From sequence record HQ630627.1: DNA of 64,000 bases; one strand, given 5' to 3'. Position 1 is the stretch's first letter. Each line of letters begins with the position of its first letter. The notes beneath the pieces are model-generated. The model did not search any database. It saw nothing but the letters and a program-made list of their open reading frames with translations, and was not told the origin of the DNA. The DNA comes from Pseudomonas phage PhiPA3. The position numbers were made by a program, and so were the translations under genes. This document shows, one piece after another, positions 1-9,897 of this stretch.

Positions 1-264
1 CGGTAGCGGTCATTACGTGTTGTTCCTTATTGGAATTACGATTGAAAATTTCATCAAGCGCTGCGTTCATACGCGCTTTGTCTTCAGGGGTGGGTGGAGG
101 CAGATGTGCGACATCCATCTCGTTCGCTAAGTGTACTGGAAACATGTCTGCCTCAAGTAAAAGGTATATGCTAACATAGATGTAACAGAACAGGTAGAGT
201 TTCCTTATTCTAAAGCGACTTGCTATACGTAACCCTATGTTAACAATATTCCCTTTTAAGGTAT

Positions 265-1119
265 TTGATCATGCAAGAAATCCTAGACAGTGTCCTCACG
301 CCACTGATTGCAGATGAGCGTAAAGAGGCCATTCTGGACTGTGTTGCATCGTTTGAAGAACTCGACTTTTCTCCAGCTCTAGACGAACTGCACACCGTCT
401 GCATGATTGCTGACGACATGGCTGATACATCTATTCTACTAAGCCGGATCGATGACGTAATCCGAGTGGCACACGACCAGATCCTAAGTGGTTTTGAAAT
501 ACGTGTATCAGACGAAGCTACTCAAGTCGAGCGTCAAGCTATTCTGAAAACGGTCACTGGTATTGCGTACTACATATTACCAGACGATATTCAAGGTATC
601 TTGCAAAGCGAATACGATCACGAAGAAACATTAGCACATCTCGTGCCTTTGTTTGAGAATGTATCCGTCGACGATATCCTTCCTTTGATCACCTATGTTG
701 CTCCCTCGTTTATCGAAGCATTGACTAAACATGTCAATGAGGTCATGCAAGTGCGGGGCGTTGCTCAAGAATACGACCCCCCAGTAGAACGTATCAAATT
801 GATTAACCAACTGTTGCGTACCTTCGGTCATGACAAGTTCCAATTGATGTTAGAACTTTCCAGTTCGGGAATGCGTGTGGGTGGGGCAATCGATCAGTTA
901 ATGTCAGACAGCATGAATGCATTGGATTCACGCAATGCCAAAGAAGCCCTGTATGAAATTGTAGGGCTGGTATTCTTCTCAAACGTAACCCCTGAGATGA
1001 TCTGGAAGACAGCTAACATGTTGACAGATGAATATACCGAGAATCCCATGGAGCGGGCAATTATGCTCGATGAACTCCGCGTTATCCAACGTAGGATGCC
1101 TATCAATGAAACTGCGTGA
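265..1119 (+). CDS. hypothetical acidic protein
   Basis: 284-codon ORF in track (TTG at 265; first ATG at 271); no recognisable motif; overlaps next gene start by 14 nt. Confidence 0.5.
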   Translation: MIMQEILDSVLTPLIADERKEAILDCVASFEELDFSPALDELHTVCMIADDMADTSILLSRIDDVIRVAHDQILSGFEIRVSDEATQVERQAILKTVTGIAYYILPDDIQGILQSEYDHEETLAHLVPLFENVSVDDILPLITYVAPSFIEALTKHVNEVMQVRGVAQEYDPPVERIKLINQLLRTFGHDKFQLMLELSSSGMRVGGAIDQLMSDSMNALDSRNAKEALYEIVGLVFFSNVTPEMIWKTANMLTDEYTENPMERAIMLDELRVIQRRMPINETA

Positions 1120-2446
1120 TTACTTCTTACTGGGTTTGAATAAGGGACTTGGCAAGAAACGCGTATGGATGAACGTCTTATTCAACATCGTCTATAATGC
1201 TAACGAAGGTCCTGAATACACGCTCAAGCCTTATTTCAAAGATGATCAGATGTACTTCTACAAGGAAGGCGATTCGAATGACGTTATCGAGTACATCGAA
1301 GATTATATCCCAAACCGAGCCCCATTGCATTTTCGGGATGAATTCATTTTACAACCAGGGGAGATCGCCAATTACAAAGGCACCGAACCCCTACGCACCA
1401 CCTACGGCAATGTCTTTGCCAACCACCTAATCCTGGTTGAAGCCTTCGGTGATCTGTTCCCCTTCCAAGCGGGTAAGTTCGATCCGGCTAAACTGGAAGA
1501 CCAAATCCTCGAACGCATGATTGATGACCGTGAAGATGGTGATGTCACTACCATGGCTGGTGACGGAAAACTGTATGTTTGGCAGTACCTGAAATTCGCT
1601 GATGCGTGCCTAGCTATCCCCGGCTACGCCGATAGCCTCGTCACATCCGTTACCAAGAAGTCTCTGACCAGCTCTCCAGAGCGTGACGCTGTGCGTGAGA
1701 AATGGGTAAAGGATAACGCACACCGACTACATGATCCTGCGGCTATTGCAGAGCTGGGCGTCCTGATGGGTAAAGTCGATGATGAATACCTAGAAGGCGA
1801 TGAAGCCAACGAGTTCTACAAATCGAAGAAGAAACTGGCCGGCGCTCGCCGTAAAGTACACTACTTCTTTGGTGGTGAATCCCCGTTCTCCGATGGCACT
1901 ACTGTTACGTTCATCAAGAAGTCATTGGAAGAAGGTATTGATACCGACTTCATGCCGGTGATGAACAACTCGCTGCGCTTCGGTTCTTACAACCGAGGTG
2001 CACAGACAGCGATGGGTGGTGAATCCACGAAGACTATTTACCGGATGGTAGGTACTGTTCGAATCATCGAACCCGACTGCAAAACCTGGATCGGTATTCC
2101 CACAATGGTGGATGACTTCAACGCCAAAACGTTGATTGGTTATTCCTACGTTGATAAGGGACGATCTATCCTTATCGAGAAAGATGACCTGGAATCTCTC
2201 AAAGGTCGCATCATTGACATCCGTGGTCCGATGACTTGTAAGTCTGGACGGGGTGAAGGGGATGCATTGGGTAAAGGTAAGAACATCTGTGCCGTGTGTG
2301 CAGGTAAAGCACTTGCCGAAAACCCGAACGGTATCCCCGCAGCCGCAGCAGGAGTCGGTGGTAGGTTCTTGATGATCTTTATGTCAAAGATGCACAGCTC
2401 TGTTCTAAGAACCGTGCACTGGGACATGAGACGCCGTATTACCTAG
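1106..2446 (+). CDS. multisubunit RNA polymerase beta-subunit-like protein, C-terminal segment (split phage RNAP)
   Basis: Track ORF 1028..2446 trimmed to ATG 1106 (MKLRDYF...); KLAGARRKVHYFFGGESPFSDGTTVTFI aligns with the RpoB stretch K-MAGRHGNKGV...DMPYDENGTPVDIV; last ~40 aa are low-complexity (possible frameshift or true divergent tail). Confidence 0.4.
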   Translation: MKLRDYFLLGLNKGLGKKRVWMNVLFNIVYNANEGPEYTLKPYFKDDQMYFYKEGDSNDVIEYIEDYIPNRAPLHFRDEFILQPGEIANYKGTEPLRTTYGNVFANHLILVEAFGDLFPFQAGKFDPAKLEDQILERMIDDREDGDVTTMAGDGKLYVWQYLKFADACLAIPGYADSLVTSVTKKSLTSSPERDAVREKWVKDNAHRLHDPAAIAELGVLMGKVDDEYLEGDEANEFYKSKKKLAGARRKVHYFFGGESPFSDGTTVTFIKKSLEEGIDTDFMPVMNNSLRFGSYNRGAQTAMGGESTKTIYRMVGTVRIIEPDCKTWIGIPTMVDDFNAKTLIGYSYVDKGRSILIEKDDLESLKGRIIDIRGPMTCKSGRGEGDALGKGKNICAVCAGKALAENPNGIPAAAAGVGGRFLMIFMSKMHSSVLRTVHWDMRRRIT

Positions 2447-2548
2447 CTTTCAGCTTGTATTGTTTACCGAGTTAAATATTTAGTGTAGATGTATGTGTAA
2501 TATTATACAGGGTATTTCCCCCATCTACACTAATTCGGAAACATAACA

Positions 2549-3742
2549 ATGCATTATCTAGATATCCCCGCAGTTAACGGTGTCCTTACGATTAGCCACG
2601 TAGCAACAGGTTCGTTTTATATGGTGTGCGCGACGAATATACGCGACGCCGCTATAAATGCTAATGGCCAACTACGCTTGGGTACTTATCAAAGTCCAAA
2701 ACTCCAAGAACTTTATCTACAATCTGACGAACTCGATTTTACGTTTATCGAAACGGCAGATAAGGAAGAGTCACGGAGTATCCGTCAAAAAGTAATGGCG
2801 GAAAACTATGGCAATGATAAGCTACTAAATCAGCAGGACTGGCCTAAGCTTACCGGAGTGTTTAAACTTGAACACTCAGCTACTGGTAAATTGATTATTG
2901 GTACCACTCAGGATATTATAAAACAGCACAGCTATCAAGCCACACTACTTCGAACTGGAAAGCATAAGTGTCCTGAGTTCCAATCTCTCTATGACCCGGA
3001 AGTTGGTACAAGTGCGTTTAAGTTCTCTTTCTCCATTTGCACTGATAAAGAAGAAGCTAAATCGGTTGCACAGGAATGGATCAAAGATGCTGTTAAACGG
3101 GGCGTTTATCTAACTGGTTCTACCGTTAAACCAGCCAAGGTTGAAGAAGTCGGTAAATTGTGCGGGGTTTATCGGATAACCTTCCCGGCTACTGGACATT
3201 TCTATATCGGTAGTAGCGGTCATGTCCGTCAGCGACTAGCTCACCACAAGAGTCGACTTAAGGCTGGGCTACACGCCAGCAGTCAAGTGCAGGAGTGCTA
3301 CAATAACAATGGTGGCGAGTATACTACCGACACCATCTATACGGATACCCGTGATGAGGCTTACGCACTGGAACAGAAGTTAATCGACTTACATCAAGTC
3401 GATCCATTGTTTTTGAACTTTGGTAGTGACGTGAAGTCGGTCGTCAAGGATCTTTGGGCTAATCCGGAATATCGTGATCGCATTATCAATGGTTCAGTTA
3501 AATCGGTTAGAGATCCAGAACGGCGAAAAGCTTACGGCGAAAAGATGAAAGCTTACTGGGCTACGCCAGAGGCTAAAGCTAAGCGCATGGGTGGGGGAAA
3601 TCCATTTGCCCGGAAAGTGAGTGTCTTTGGAATCGTATACGGCTCTATTATGGATGCGGTTCGTGCTAAAGCTTTGCCAGATGCTAAACTTCGCCAACGT
3701 TTAAAAGACCCTGAAGACAAAGAAGTCTTCTATGTTAGCTGA
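2549..3742 (+). CDS. free-standing GIY-YIG homing endonuclease with NUMOD3-like C-terminal repeats
   Basis: GVYRITFPATGHFYIGSSGHVRQRLAHHKS (GIY..YIG, catalytic Arg/His); C-terminal NPEYRDRIINGSVKSVRDPERRKAYGEKMKAYWATPEAKAKRM resembles NUMOD3 repeats; N-terminal GVLTISHVATGSFYMVCA is a second, degenerate GIY-YIG-like stretch. Confidence 0.75.
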   Translation: MHYLDIPAVNGVLTISHVATGSFYMVCATNIRDAAINANGQLRLGTYQSPKLQELYLQSDELDFTFIETADKEESRSIRQKVMAENYGNDKLLNQQDWPKLTGVFKLEHSATGKLIIGTTQDIIKQHSYQATLLRTGKHKCPEFQSLYDPEVGTSAFKFSFSICTDKEEAKSVAQEWIKDAVKRGVYLTGSTVKPAKVEEVGKLCGVYRITFPATGHFYIGSSGHVRQRLAHHKSRLKAGLHASSQVQECYNNNGGEYTTDTIYTDTRDEAYALEQKLIDLHQVDPLFLNFGSDVKSVVKDLWANPEYRDRIINGSVKSVRDPERRKAYGEKMKAYWATPEAKAKRMGGGNPFARKVSVFGIVYGSIMDAVRAKALPDAKLRQRLKDPEDKEVFYVS

Positions 3743-5096
3743 CGGGAGAACTTACGCGTTCTCCCAACTTTCTGAACATTTCCCGATAACGGATAAAATG
3801 ATGAGCAACAAAAATCGCAACAGAACTTTCAACCTGGCTGACGTCCAAAAGGGTGCAGTTACTATACCGGAATCCAAAGTGGGTACTGAAGCCGCTGTAG
3901 AGATCCCGGAAACCACTACCGCTGCGGTTGATCTGGAAGACCCTAGCTCTGAGAGCTACAATGATGACAAAGCGGTCACTCACGAACTGCCCGACGACGA
4001 CAAAAGCGAATCTGACGCTGGCGATCCTGTCGACAGTGATCAAGATGTTTCCGAAGGCACTGAAGAACCGGCATCTGTGGATGTAAGTGATCTCCCGGTA
4101 GAAACTGTCACTGAAGAGTCGCCTCAGGTACGTGATATCAACCAACTGGCTGTTGGCGAATGGACGCTTGAAGAACTCGAATCGTACATTGATGGTTCTT
4201 TCGGTAACATCTATCGTTCGAAGCTGGAAGATGTTCTGGAAGAGCATCGCCGGCGCGTTGAGAAACTCGACCATGCTTGGTCGCTGCAAGAGTGCCGAGA
4301 GTTCCTTACCCAAAATATCATCCCGGAGAAGACCTCCACTGGGGCTTGGAAGAACGACGTTACTCGTGCCCTGCGTCGGCCGGGTAGTTGGACTACTCAA
4401 GAACTCGAAGCGTGGGCGCTGGGTGAGATCAAAGCTGTAGGCCTGTCCACCAATGCCGAACTGGCGATTGAACTGAAAGATCGTTTGGGCCTGCAAGTAA
4501 ACACCGTTGATCCGGATAACGTGATCAAGGCTTACAAGGTCCGTACCGGTAACGGTCTGTCCACTGTAGTTCAAGAACACACTGGATCTGTTCCGACCAT
4601 TGCTACCCAAGCCCTGTCCACCGAAGCGAAAGCTGAAGCGGTCGCTGCCATTACTTACCAAGGACTCACTCCCGTGAACCAGAGCTACATTGAAAACACC
4701 CTGAAAGAATACGCAGCTGCGGTAGCGGTCAACAAGCCGGTTACGCCGGAGAATGGCCTACGTGCTCAGAAAGCACTGGACAACCTGCTGCGTTACGTAA
4801 TCAACCTGCAAGATCCGGCCGGCTTCAAATCTGGTATGGATATCATCCTGAATTTCGTTCGTGCAAACCGTGGTCCGCAAGGCGTGTTCAACGACACTTA
4901 CGCCTTCCGTTTCACTGAGAACCTGACCATGCAAAATGGGATTCAGGAATCTCACATTAACCTGATCACTCTGTTTAACGTCTACGCCAGTGAGAATCGC
5001 GAAGCTCGTGCGCAGGCCGATATCCCGACTCTGATCGCGCTGTTCCCCTCGAACAAGCACTCTCTGCTGCTGCAATATTTCAGCAAAGTCGCCTAA
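3732..5096 (+). CDS. hypothetical protein with acidic N-terminal region
   Basis: 454-codon ORF; alternative in-frame ATG at 3798 (MMSNKN) avoids overlap with upstream gene; D/E-rich N-terminal third. Confidence 0.55.
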   Translation: MLADGRTYAFSQLSEHFPITDKMMSNKNRNRTFNLADVQKGAVTIPESKVGTEAAVEIPETTTAAVDLEDPSSESYNDDKAVTHELPDDDKSESDAGDPVDSDQDVSEGTEEPASVDVSDLPVETVTEESPQVRDINQLAVGEWTLEELESYIDGSFGNIYRSKLEDVLEEHRRRVEKLDHAWSLQECREFLTQNIIPEKTSTGAWKNDVTRALRRPGSWTTQELEAWALGEIKAVGLSTNAELAIELKDRLGLQVNTVDPDNVIKAYKVRTGNGLSTVVQEHTGSVPTIATQALSTEAKAEAVAAITYQGLTPVNQSYIENTLKEYAAAVAVNKPVTPENGLRAQKALDNLLRYVINLQDPAGFKSGMDIILNFVRANRGPQGVFNDTYAFRFTENLTMQNGIQESHINLITLFNVYASENREARAQADIPTLIALFPSNKHSLLLQYFSKVA

Positions 5097-5103
5097 CATA
5101 CTG

Positions 5104-5131
5104 CCCCTCCTTCGGGAGGGGCCTTATGCTG
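5104..5131 (+). terminator. GC hairpin (GCCCCTCC-TTCG-GGAGGGGC) followed by TTATGCTG box; terminator and/or late-promoter unit
   Basis: perfect inverted repeat then conserved TTATGC box about 35 nt upstream of next start codon; motif recurs >=15 times in window. Confidence 0.6.
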
Positions 5132-5164
5132 CAATCCTATGTTACGTAATTGATGGTGAATACC

Positions 5165-6700
5165 ATGTTTGAATTATTGCTAGGTGCTAGATTAGCTAGA
5201 CCTCCATTGGTTGATAACCGCTTTATCGGAGAAGTAAGTCCTTCTTCGTTTATTACCGCAAGCGCTTTGGCTAGTGCAGTCGGCCTATTAGCTGGAGCAA
5301 ACGTTAATGATGCTATCCCATGGTTACAATTTCGTTTTAATGGCAAGGACTATTACACCCCCAAAAAAGCCATTCGACACACAATTAGCTGGGAAGCATT
5401 AAATTCGGCGAGTCTGATCACTGGGAATAAACTAACCAAAATTGCCTCTAAGTTTTATTCGGTTAGGTTGTTTAAAGGAGCTAGCGTTAATCCGGTAACG
5501 GTTACGAGTGGTTATGACCTGGTACAGTTCCAAGGTTCAGAATGGAACAAATTCATGTACCATATCCACGGCCCTAGCTTCGCTAACCCAAGCAACACAA
5601 TGGCATCTGAACCCCTTGCTGGTGAGTGGGCTCAATACAGTGATGCTGACTTGGGTTTAGGGTATCCCGCTGATGGTGGCGCCGCTACATGGACACAAGA
5701 ACTCTACACCAAATCTGGTGATGCTACTAAGTATGCCGTGTGGCGCGGATACAATGGTGTGTCTTACTGTGGTTATGACGTATCTAACCTGGCGAGTCAG
5801 AGTTATGCTGGATGGCGCCCATTGTTGGAGCAAGTGGCCGATACATTCAAACCGACTGTCAAGACCATCGCTAGTGAAGCGATGGGTAATGGTTGCTGGT
5901 TTGTTTGGAACAACGACATTTATTTCGCTGGCGGTAACGGGTCTCAACAAACCGCAAGGATTATAAAAGTAGATAAGACAACCGGTGCCAGGACGGCTGT
6001 TCCTGTTGGCACGGGGTCTACACCGGCAGCGACATGGTACTGGTCATGTGCAGTTATTGGAGATAAGGTATATTTCTTTGGCGGTCAATCAGCTGCTGGT
6101 TCTGCAAACGCAGCTCAAAATGCCTGTGTGTTCGATATGGTGACACAGGTATGGACCACCCTTGCAAATCTTCCTGAAAAATTATACAGGCCCCGTGTAG
6201 CGGCGATTGGTACTAAACTCTACATCTACGGTGGTGGACTGGTTACTCCTCGCGACACACTGTACGAATATGATCCACAAGGTAACACCTACGTCAAGAA
6301 AGCTCATGGCGGTGAAAACGCATCGGATACAGCTGGACTAGCTGTGACCTCAGACGGTACTTACCTGTATGCCTGTGGTGGTTACTATAATGCCATGTCT
6401 AACAAGCTGAAGCGTTATAACCCAACATCTAATACCTGGGATGTCCTCCAAGCAGCACCTGTAGCCAACTACGAGAATGGTATTGGAATAGCTGGTGACA
6501 TTCTGTTGTCGGTAGGTGGTACTGGGACCAATATGGGACAAAAGGTATACATGTACCTGTTCTCTAAAAATGCGTGGGTGGATACAGGTATAACCCTACC
6601 ACTTTCTTATGCGACGGCGTATTCAACTGTTCTGAATATAGACGGAAAATGGTACGCATTCTCCCAGCAGAATGCATCCCTTGGAGAAATTGGTGGCTGA
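5165..6700 (+). CDS. fibre/adhesin-like protein: conserved N-terminal module + Kelch beta-propeller
   Basis: start moved to ATG 5165 (MFELLLG) by paralogy with 8375 gene (identical 15-nt atgtttgaattattg); N-module ends ...YAGWRPLLEQV; C-terminal Kelch blades IYFAGGNG, VYFFGGQS, LYIYGGGL, LYACGGYY, LLSVGGTG. Confidence 0.6.
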   Translation: MFELLLGARLARPPLVDNRFIGEVSPSSFITASALASAVGLLAGANVNDAIPWLQFRFNGKDYYTPKKAIRHTISWEALNSASLITGNKLTKIASKFYSVRLFKGASVNPVTVTSGYDLVQFQGSEWNKFMYHIHGPSFANPSNTMASEPLAGEWAQYSDADLGLGYPADGGAATWTQELYTKSGDATKYAVWRGYNGVSYCGYDVSNLASQSYAGWRPLLEQVADTFKPTVKTIASEAMGNGCWFVWNNDIYFAGGNGSQQTARIIKVDKTTGARTAVPVGTGSTPAATWYWSCAVIGDKVYFFGGQSAAGSANAAQNACVFDMVTQVWTTLANLPEKLYRPRVAAIGTKLYIYGGGLVTPRDTLYEYDPQGNTYVKKAHGGENASDTAGLAVTSDGTYLYACGGYYNAMSNKLKRYNPTSNTWDVLQAAPVANYENGIGIAGDILLSVGGTGTNMGQKVYMYLFSKNAWVDTGITLPLSYATAYSTVLNIDGKWYAFSQQNASLGEIGG

Positions 6701-6701
6701 T

Positions 6702-7337
6702 ATGATGGAATCAATATTGGGGACCATTGCGTCACCAGGTGACAACTTAGTACCAGGTCCCCAAGCTGTCGTAGCTGGCGACACCACCTATGGATATTAC
6801 GGGGAATTCTCTGGTGGCCTTCCGCAACCACAAGCATTGTGTGATCTAGTGAATGCCACTGAAGGCGGCTTACTGGTTACGTCAACGACATGGTTGAAGT
6901 TCTGCGATGGCGGTAAGATCTACTTCATGACCAAGGTTCCGATTAGGAATAACATGCGGTGGTCTGAGCTGGACGCCAAAGGCCTCGTTACCGGTAAACA
7001 AATTACAATCGGCAAGCATACGTACATCTGTCGTATCATGACCGGCATTGCAGATAAGGCCGCTGGCACAGCGGGTGGAGAATGGAACCGCTGGATGTAT
7101 CCATTGTGTACTACCCGACCCAGTGGCCCAGTTTGGGCTAACTTCACAGTAACGCAATTGGGCGTCACATCGACCACTAATGGTGGTGGTGCTAACTGGG
7201 TACAAGAAGAACAAACCTCTGCTCCTGCTTATCACTACTACCGGGGATTTACGGGTATTGCAGTGGTGGGTAAAGAGGTAAGCAATTCGAACATCGGCAA
7301 CTACGGCTGGCGTCCAATATTGGAACTTGTAAACTGA
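6702..7337 (+). CDS. fibre/adhesin-like paralog (N-terminal module only)
   Basis: ATG 6702 overlaps upstream TGA (ctgATATG); MMESILG...PGPQAVVAGD...GWRPILELVN matches N-module of neighbours. Confidence 0.6.
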   Translation: MMESILGTIASPGDNLVPGPQAVVAGDTTYGYYGEFSGGLPQPQALCDLVNATEGGLLVTSTTWLKFCDGGKIYFMTKVPIRNNMRWSELDAKGLVTGKQITIGKHTYICRIMTGIADKAAGTAGGEWNRWMYPLCTTRPSGPVWANFTVTQLGVTSTTNGGGANWVQEEQTSAPAYHYYRGFTGIAVVGKEVSNSNIGNYGWRPILELVN

Positions 7338-7347
7338 GGAGAGAGAA

Positions 7348-8019
7348 ATGTTGGAACTAATGCTCTCTTTGGGCAAACCTATATCTATCGTTGAAGGCGA
7401 CAACGGCCCAGGTCCCACTACTTTAGTCGCTGGTACTTCCCTTGCGGGGTATTTTGGTCTGGTACCCTCCGCCAGTTTAATTGGTGGTGATGCGCTTGCT
7501 ACACTGACTGGCATGACTGCTGGTACTTTACAGAACGACACTACCCCGTGGATGAAATTTGCATACAACAACAAAGCATTGTTCATTGCACAGAAGTCTA
7601 TTCGGTATGGCATGTCGTGGGACAGCTTAAACGCAGCAGCGGTGGCTACACCAGGTAAGACGATCACCATTGGTAACTATCGCTATAAGTGTCGTCTGCT
7701 GTTGATTGCCCCGGCTGACTCAGGTAACTCTAACTCCACGTTACCTGGACGGGAATGGTCTAACCTTATTTACAACGTCTGTACGGCTGGACCCTCTACC
7801 AAGGGTTGGGCCGCATTTACTACTGCCGACCTCGGTATTGGCGGTAGCTTCAATGGTCGATATAACTGGGGTCAAGAATCCGGTACAGCAACGTCAGGTG
7901 CTGGTCGAGCAGGCGTGGGTTACACCACAATTAACAAACTCGACTTCAATGCGTCTGGTAATACCGGTACGCACATGGGATGGAGACCATGCTTGGAACT
8001 GGTTGGTAAAATAGCATAA
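7348..8019 (+). CDS. fibre/adhesin-like paralog (N-terminal module only)
   Basis: RBS GAGGAGAGAGAAATG; MLELMLSLG...GPGPTTLVAGT...HMGWRPCLELVG; paralogous to 5165, 6702 and 8375 genes. Confidence 0.6.
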   Translation: MLELMLSLGKPISIVEGDNGPGPTTLVAGTSLAGYFGLVPSASLIGGDALATLTGMTAGTLQNDTTPWMKFAYNNKALFIAQKSIRYGMSWDSLNAAAVATPGKTITIGNYRYKCRLLLIAPADSGNSNSTLPGREWSNLIYNVCTAGPSTKGWAAFTTADLGIGGSFNGRYNWGQESGTATSGAGRAGVGYTTINKLDFNASGNTGTHMGWRPCLELVGKIA

Positions 8020-8273
8020 CGACATAAAGCCCTCCCCAAAGGGAGGGCCATTATGCTGTCTAGAAGTAACGATCGGTCGTCATGAGTAAATTCAATATTC
8101 ATATTAAGAATCTTAGAGACATCATCACTTAATGATCTAAAATTATTAATATCTATTTTTTGATTATCTAGTTTATCCCGAATTTTTATTAGATGTTCTT
8201 CTATCAATGGACCTAAGTCCCGCTTGACATTAACATCCAATACCTCATTAGAGATTTTTATCGTATGTGGCAT
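7920..8273 (-). CDS. doubtful small ORF in AT-rich island
   Basis: ATG at 8273 inside AT-rich segment, but reading frame runs through the 8028-8057 hairpin and into the 3' end of the 7348 gene; only the first ~65 codons look gene-like. Confidence 0.2.
   Translation of the reverse strand: MPHTIKISNEVLDVNVKRDLGPLIEEHLIKIRDKLDNQKIDINNFRSLSDDVSKILNMNIEFTHDDRSLLLDSIMALPLGRALCRYAILPTSSKHGLHPMCVPVLPDALKSSLLIVV
8028..8057 (+). terminator. hairpin GCCCTCCCC-AAA-GGGAGGGC + ATTATGCTG box
   Basis: same hairpin+TTATGC architecture as 5104. Confidence 0.55.
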
Positions 8274-8374
8274 TTTATATCTCTACTAGTATTAATTTGC
8301 AATCATAAAGATATGGCTGTGTTGTATAGAATTCAATCTTACGCATGACGTATTATAAAAGAGAGGCACACAAA

Positions 8375-9889
8375 ATGTTTGAATTATTGTTGTCTTCTGG
8401 ACTAACAAATACCCCTATATATGCTGATCCTTATCCAGGTCCTAAAACACTAATAGCCGGAACAAGGGAATTGGGTTTATATGGTGAAACGTCGTCATCT
8501 GAATTATTTGGATATGACGATGCTGCTAAATTAGTTAATATGACATTTGGTACAGTTATTAATGAAGGGCAACCATGGTTAAAATTTTCCAATAACCATA
8601 TTACCTGCTACATTCCAAAAATGCCTGTACGTAAATCTATACAGAAATCACGTCTAAATAGTGCTGGTTTACGTAATGGTGATTATGAAGTTAGATTTAT
8701 GGGTAATATCTATAAATTTGGTTTATTAACAATGGTTGGTGCCGCATCTGAATGGCAAAGGTTATTATACAATGTCCATGTGTCTAATCTTAACGGAGCA
8801 AACTGGCCATATAAATTTACTGATAATGAATTAGGTATAAACCAAGCTGTTGCTGGTGGTATAAGTACTGATGGTACAACTAACTGGGGAAGAGATGCGG
8901 GTGCTAACCCATCTATTGACCAAATATATCGCGGCTATTATGCAATTGATGTAACTAGTGCATCTAGTAGTGAAACTGGTGCTGTTACGCAAGGATGGCG
9001 TCCAGTTATTTATGCAAGTGGCACGTATCCATTTGTTAAGAACAATGTTATTAAAATTGCTAATTTTGAAACAGATACCGAAATGGTAGCAGGTGCACAG
9101 ATTGGTAATTTGGTTTATTACTATGGCGGCAAAAATACAGCTAACTCTAACTTACGTATTTTAAATTTAGATACAGGTAAGTTAACAGTATTACAACCTA
9201 ATGGAACCCCTATAGCTGTTAAGCAATGTTCGGCAACAGCATTTAATGGGAAAGTATATTTTTATGGTGGCGAAAGTTCTACCGCTAATGTACTTACTAA
9301 AGACATGCAGTGTTATGACCCAGCTACTAATACATGGGAAATAAAATCACCAGGTACTATCACATGTCGTTATGCACGCTCCACTAGTCTTAACGGTTTA
9401 ATTTATATAATGGGTGCTGCCGATAATAATGCTACTAGTAATCGTGGATTCACATTGATTTATAATCCAGTTACTGATGCATATACCAGTGGAACACCAT
9501 TTAATGATACCGGTACTTATACACAAGACTATTCAGTAGGTGTGTATAATAATAGTGTATGTGTTATAGGTGGTATGGTTGGGACTGGTGTCAACACTGG
9601 CATTATCTCTTATAATCAGACTAACAATAATTGGTCTAAACCAATAACCACGGGTATACCTCTTGGTTCAGCAATTAATATACGACCAACTGGTGAACTG
9701 TATGTGATTGCAGGTGAGAACCAAAATAATGCACCAATTAAGTATTATGAGCCACGTTTATCACGTTGGATAAATTTAGGTAGTTTAGAAAATGGTCTGA
9801 TAGATTCTGGTTTTGCTAATACGTTTAATAACGCTGGTAAGTTATATGTTCTAAATGGTAATCAAGATTCAAAATACCAAGTTAGTTAA
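8375..9889 (+). CDS. fibre/adhesin-like protein with Kelch beta-propeller, AT-rich divergent copy
   Basis: RBS GAGAGG then ATG 8375 (MFELLLSSG); N-module ...AVTQGWRPVIY; Kelch blades VYYYGGKN, VYFYGGES, IYIMGAAD, VCVIGGMV, LYVIAGEN, LYVLNGNQ; codon usage A/T-rich unlike 5165 paralog. Confidence 0.6.
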   Translation: MFELLLSSGLTNTPIYADPYPGPKTLIAGTRELGLYGETSSSELFGYDDAAKLVNMTFGTVINEGQPWLKFSNNHITCYIPKMPVRKSIQKSRLNSAGLRNGDYEVRFMGNIYKFGLLTMVGAASEWQRLLYNVHVSNLNGANWPYKFTDNELGINQAVAGGISTDGTTNWGRDAGANPSIDQIYRGYYAIDVTSASSSETGAVTQGWRPVIYASGTYPFVKNNVIKIANFETDTEMVAGAQIGNLVYYYGGKNTANSNLRILNLDTGKLTVLQPNGTPIAVKQCSATAFNGKVYFYGGESSTANVLTKDMQCYDPATNTWEIKSPGTITCRYARSTSLNGLIYIMGAADNNATSNRGFTLIYNPVTDAYTSGTPFNDTGTYTQDYSVGVYNNSVCVIGGMVGTGVNTGIISYNQTNNNWSKPITTGIPLGSAINIRPTGELYVIAGENQNNAPIKYYEPRLSRWINLGSLENGLIDSGFANTFNNAGKLYVLNGNQDSKYQVS

Positions 9890-9897
9890 CGAAATAA

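Noticed and set aside
3735-4661. 308-aa minus-strand ORF
   Set aside because: Antisense to the acidic N-terminal region of 3732..5096; shadow.
5165-8019. Possible diversity-generating retroelement target (C-terminal GWRP/NIGN-like ends resemble variable regions of C-type-lectin-fold targets)
   Set aside because: Compared 3' ends of the paralogs for a near-identical template repeat differing at adenines; none found, and no reverse transcriptase ORF in window.
7920-8273. 117-aa minus-strand ORF as a bona fide gene
   Set aside because: Frame reads through terminator hairpin and 3' end of 7348 gene; kept only as low-confidence feature.
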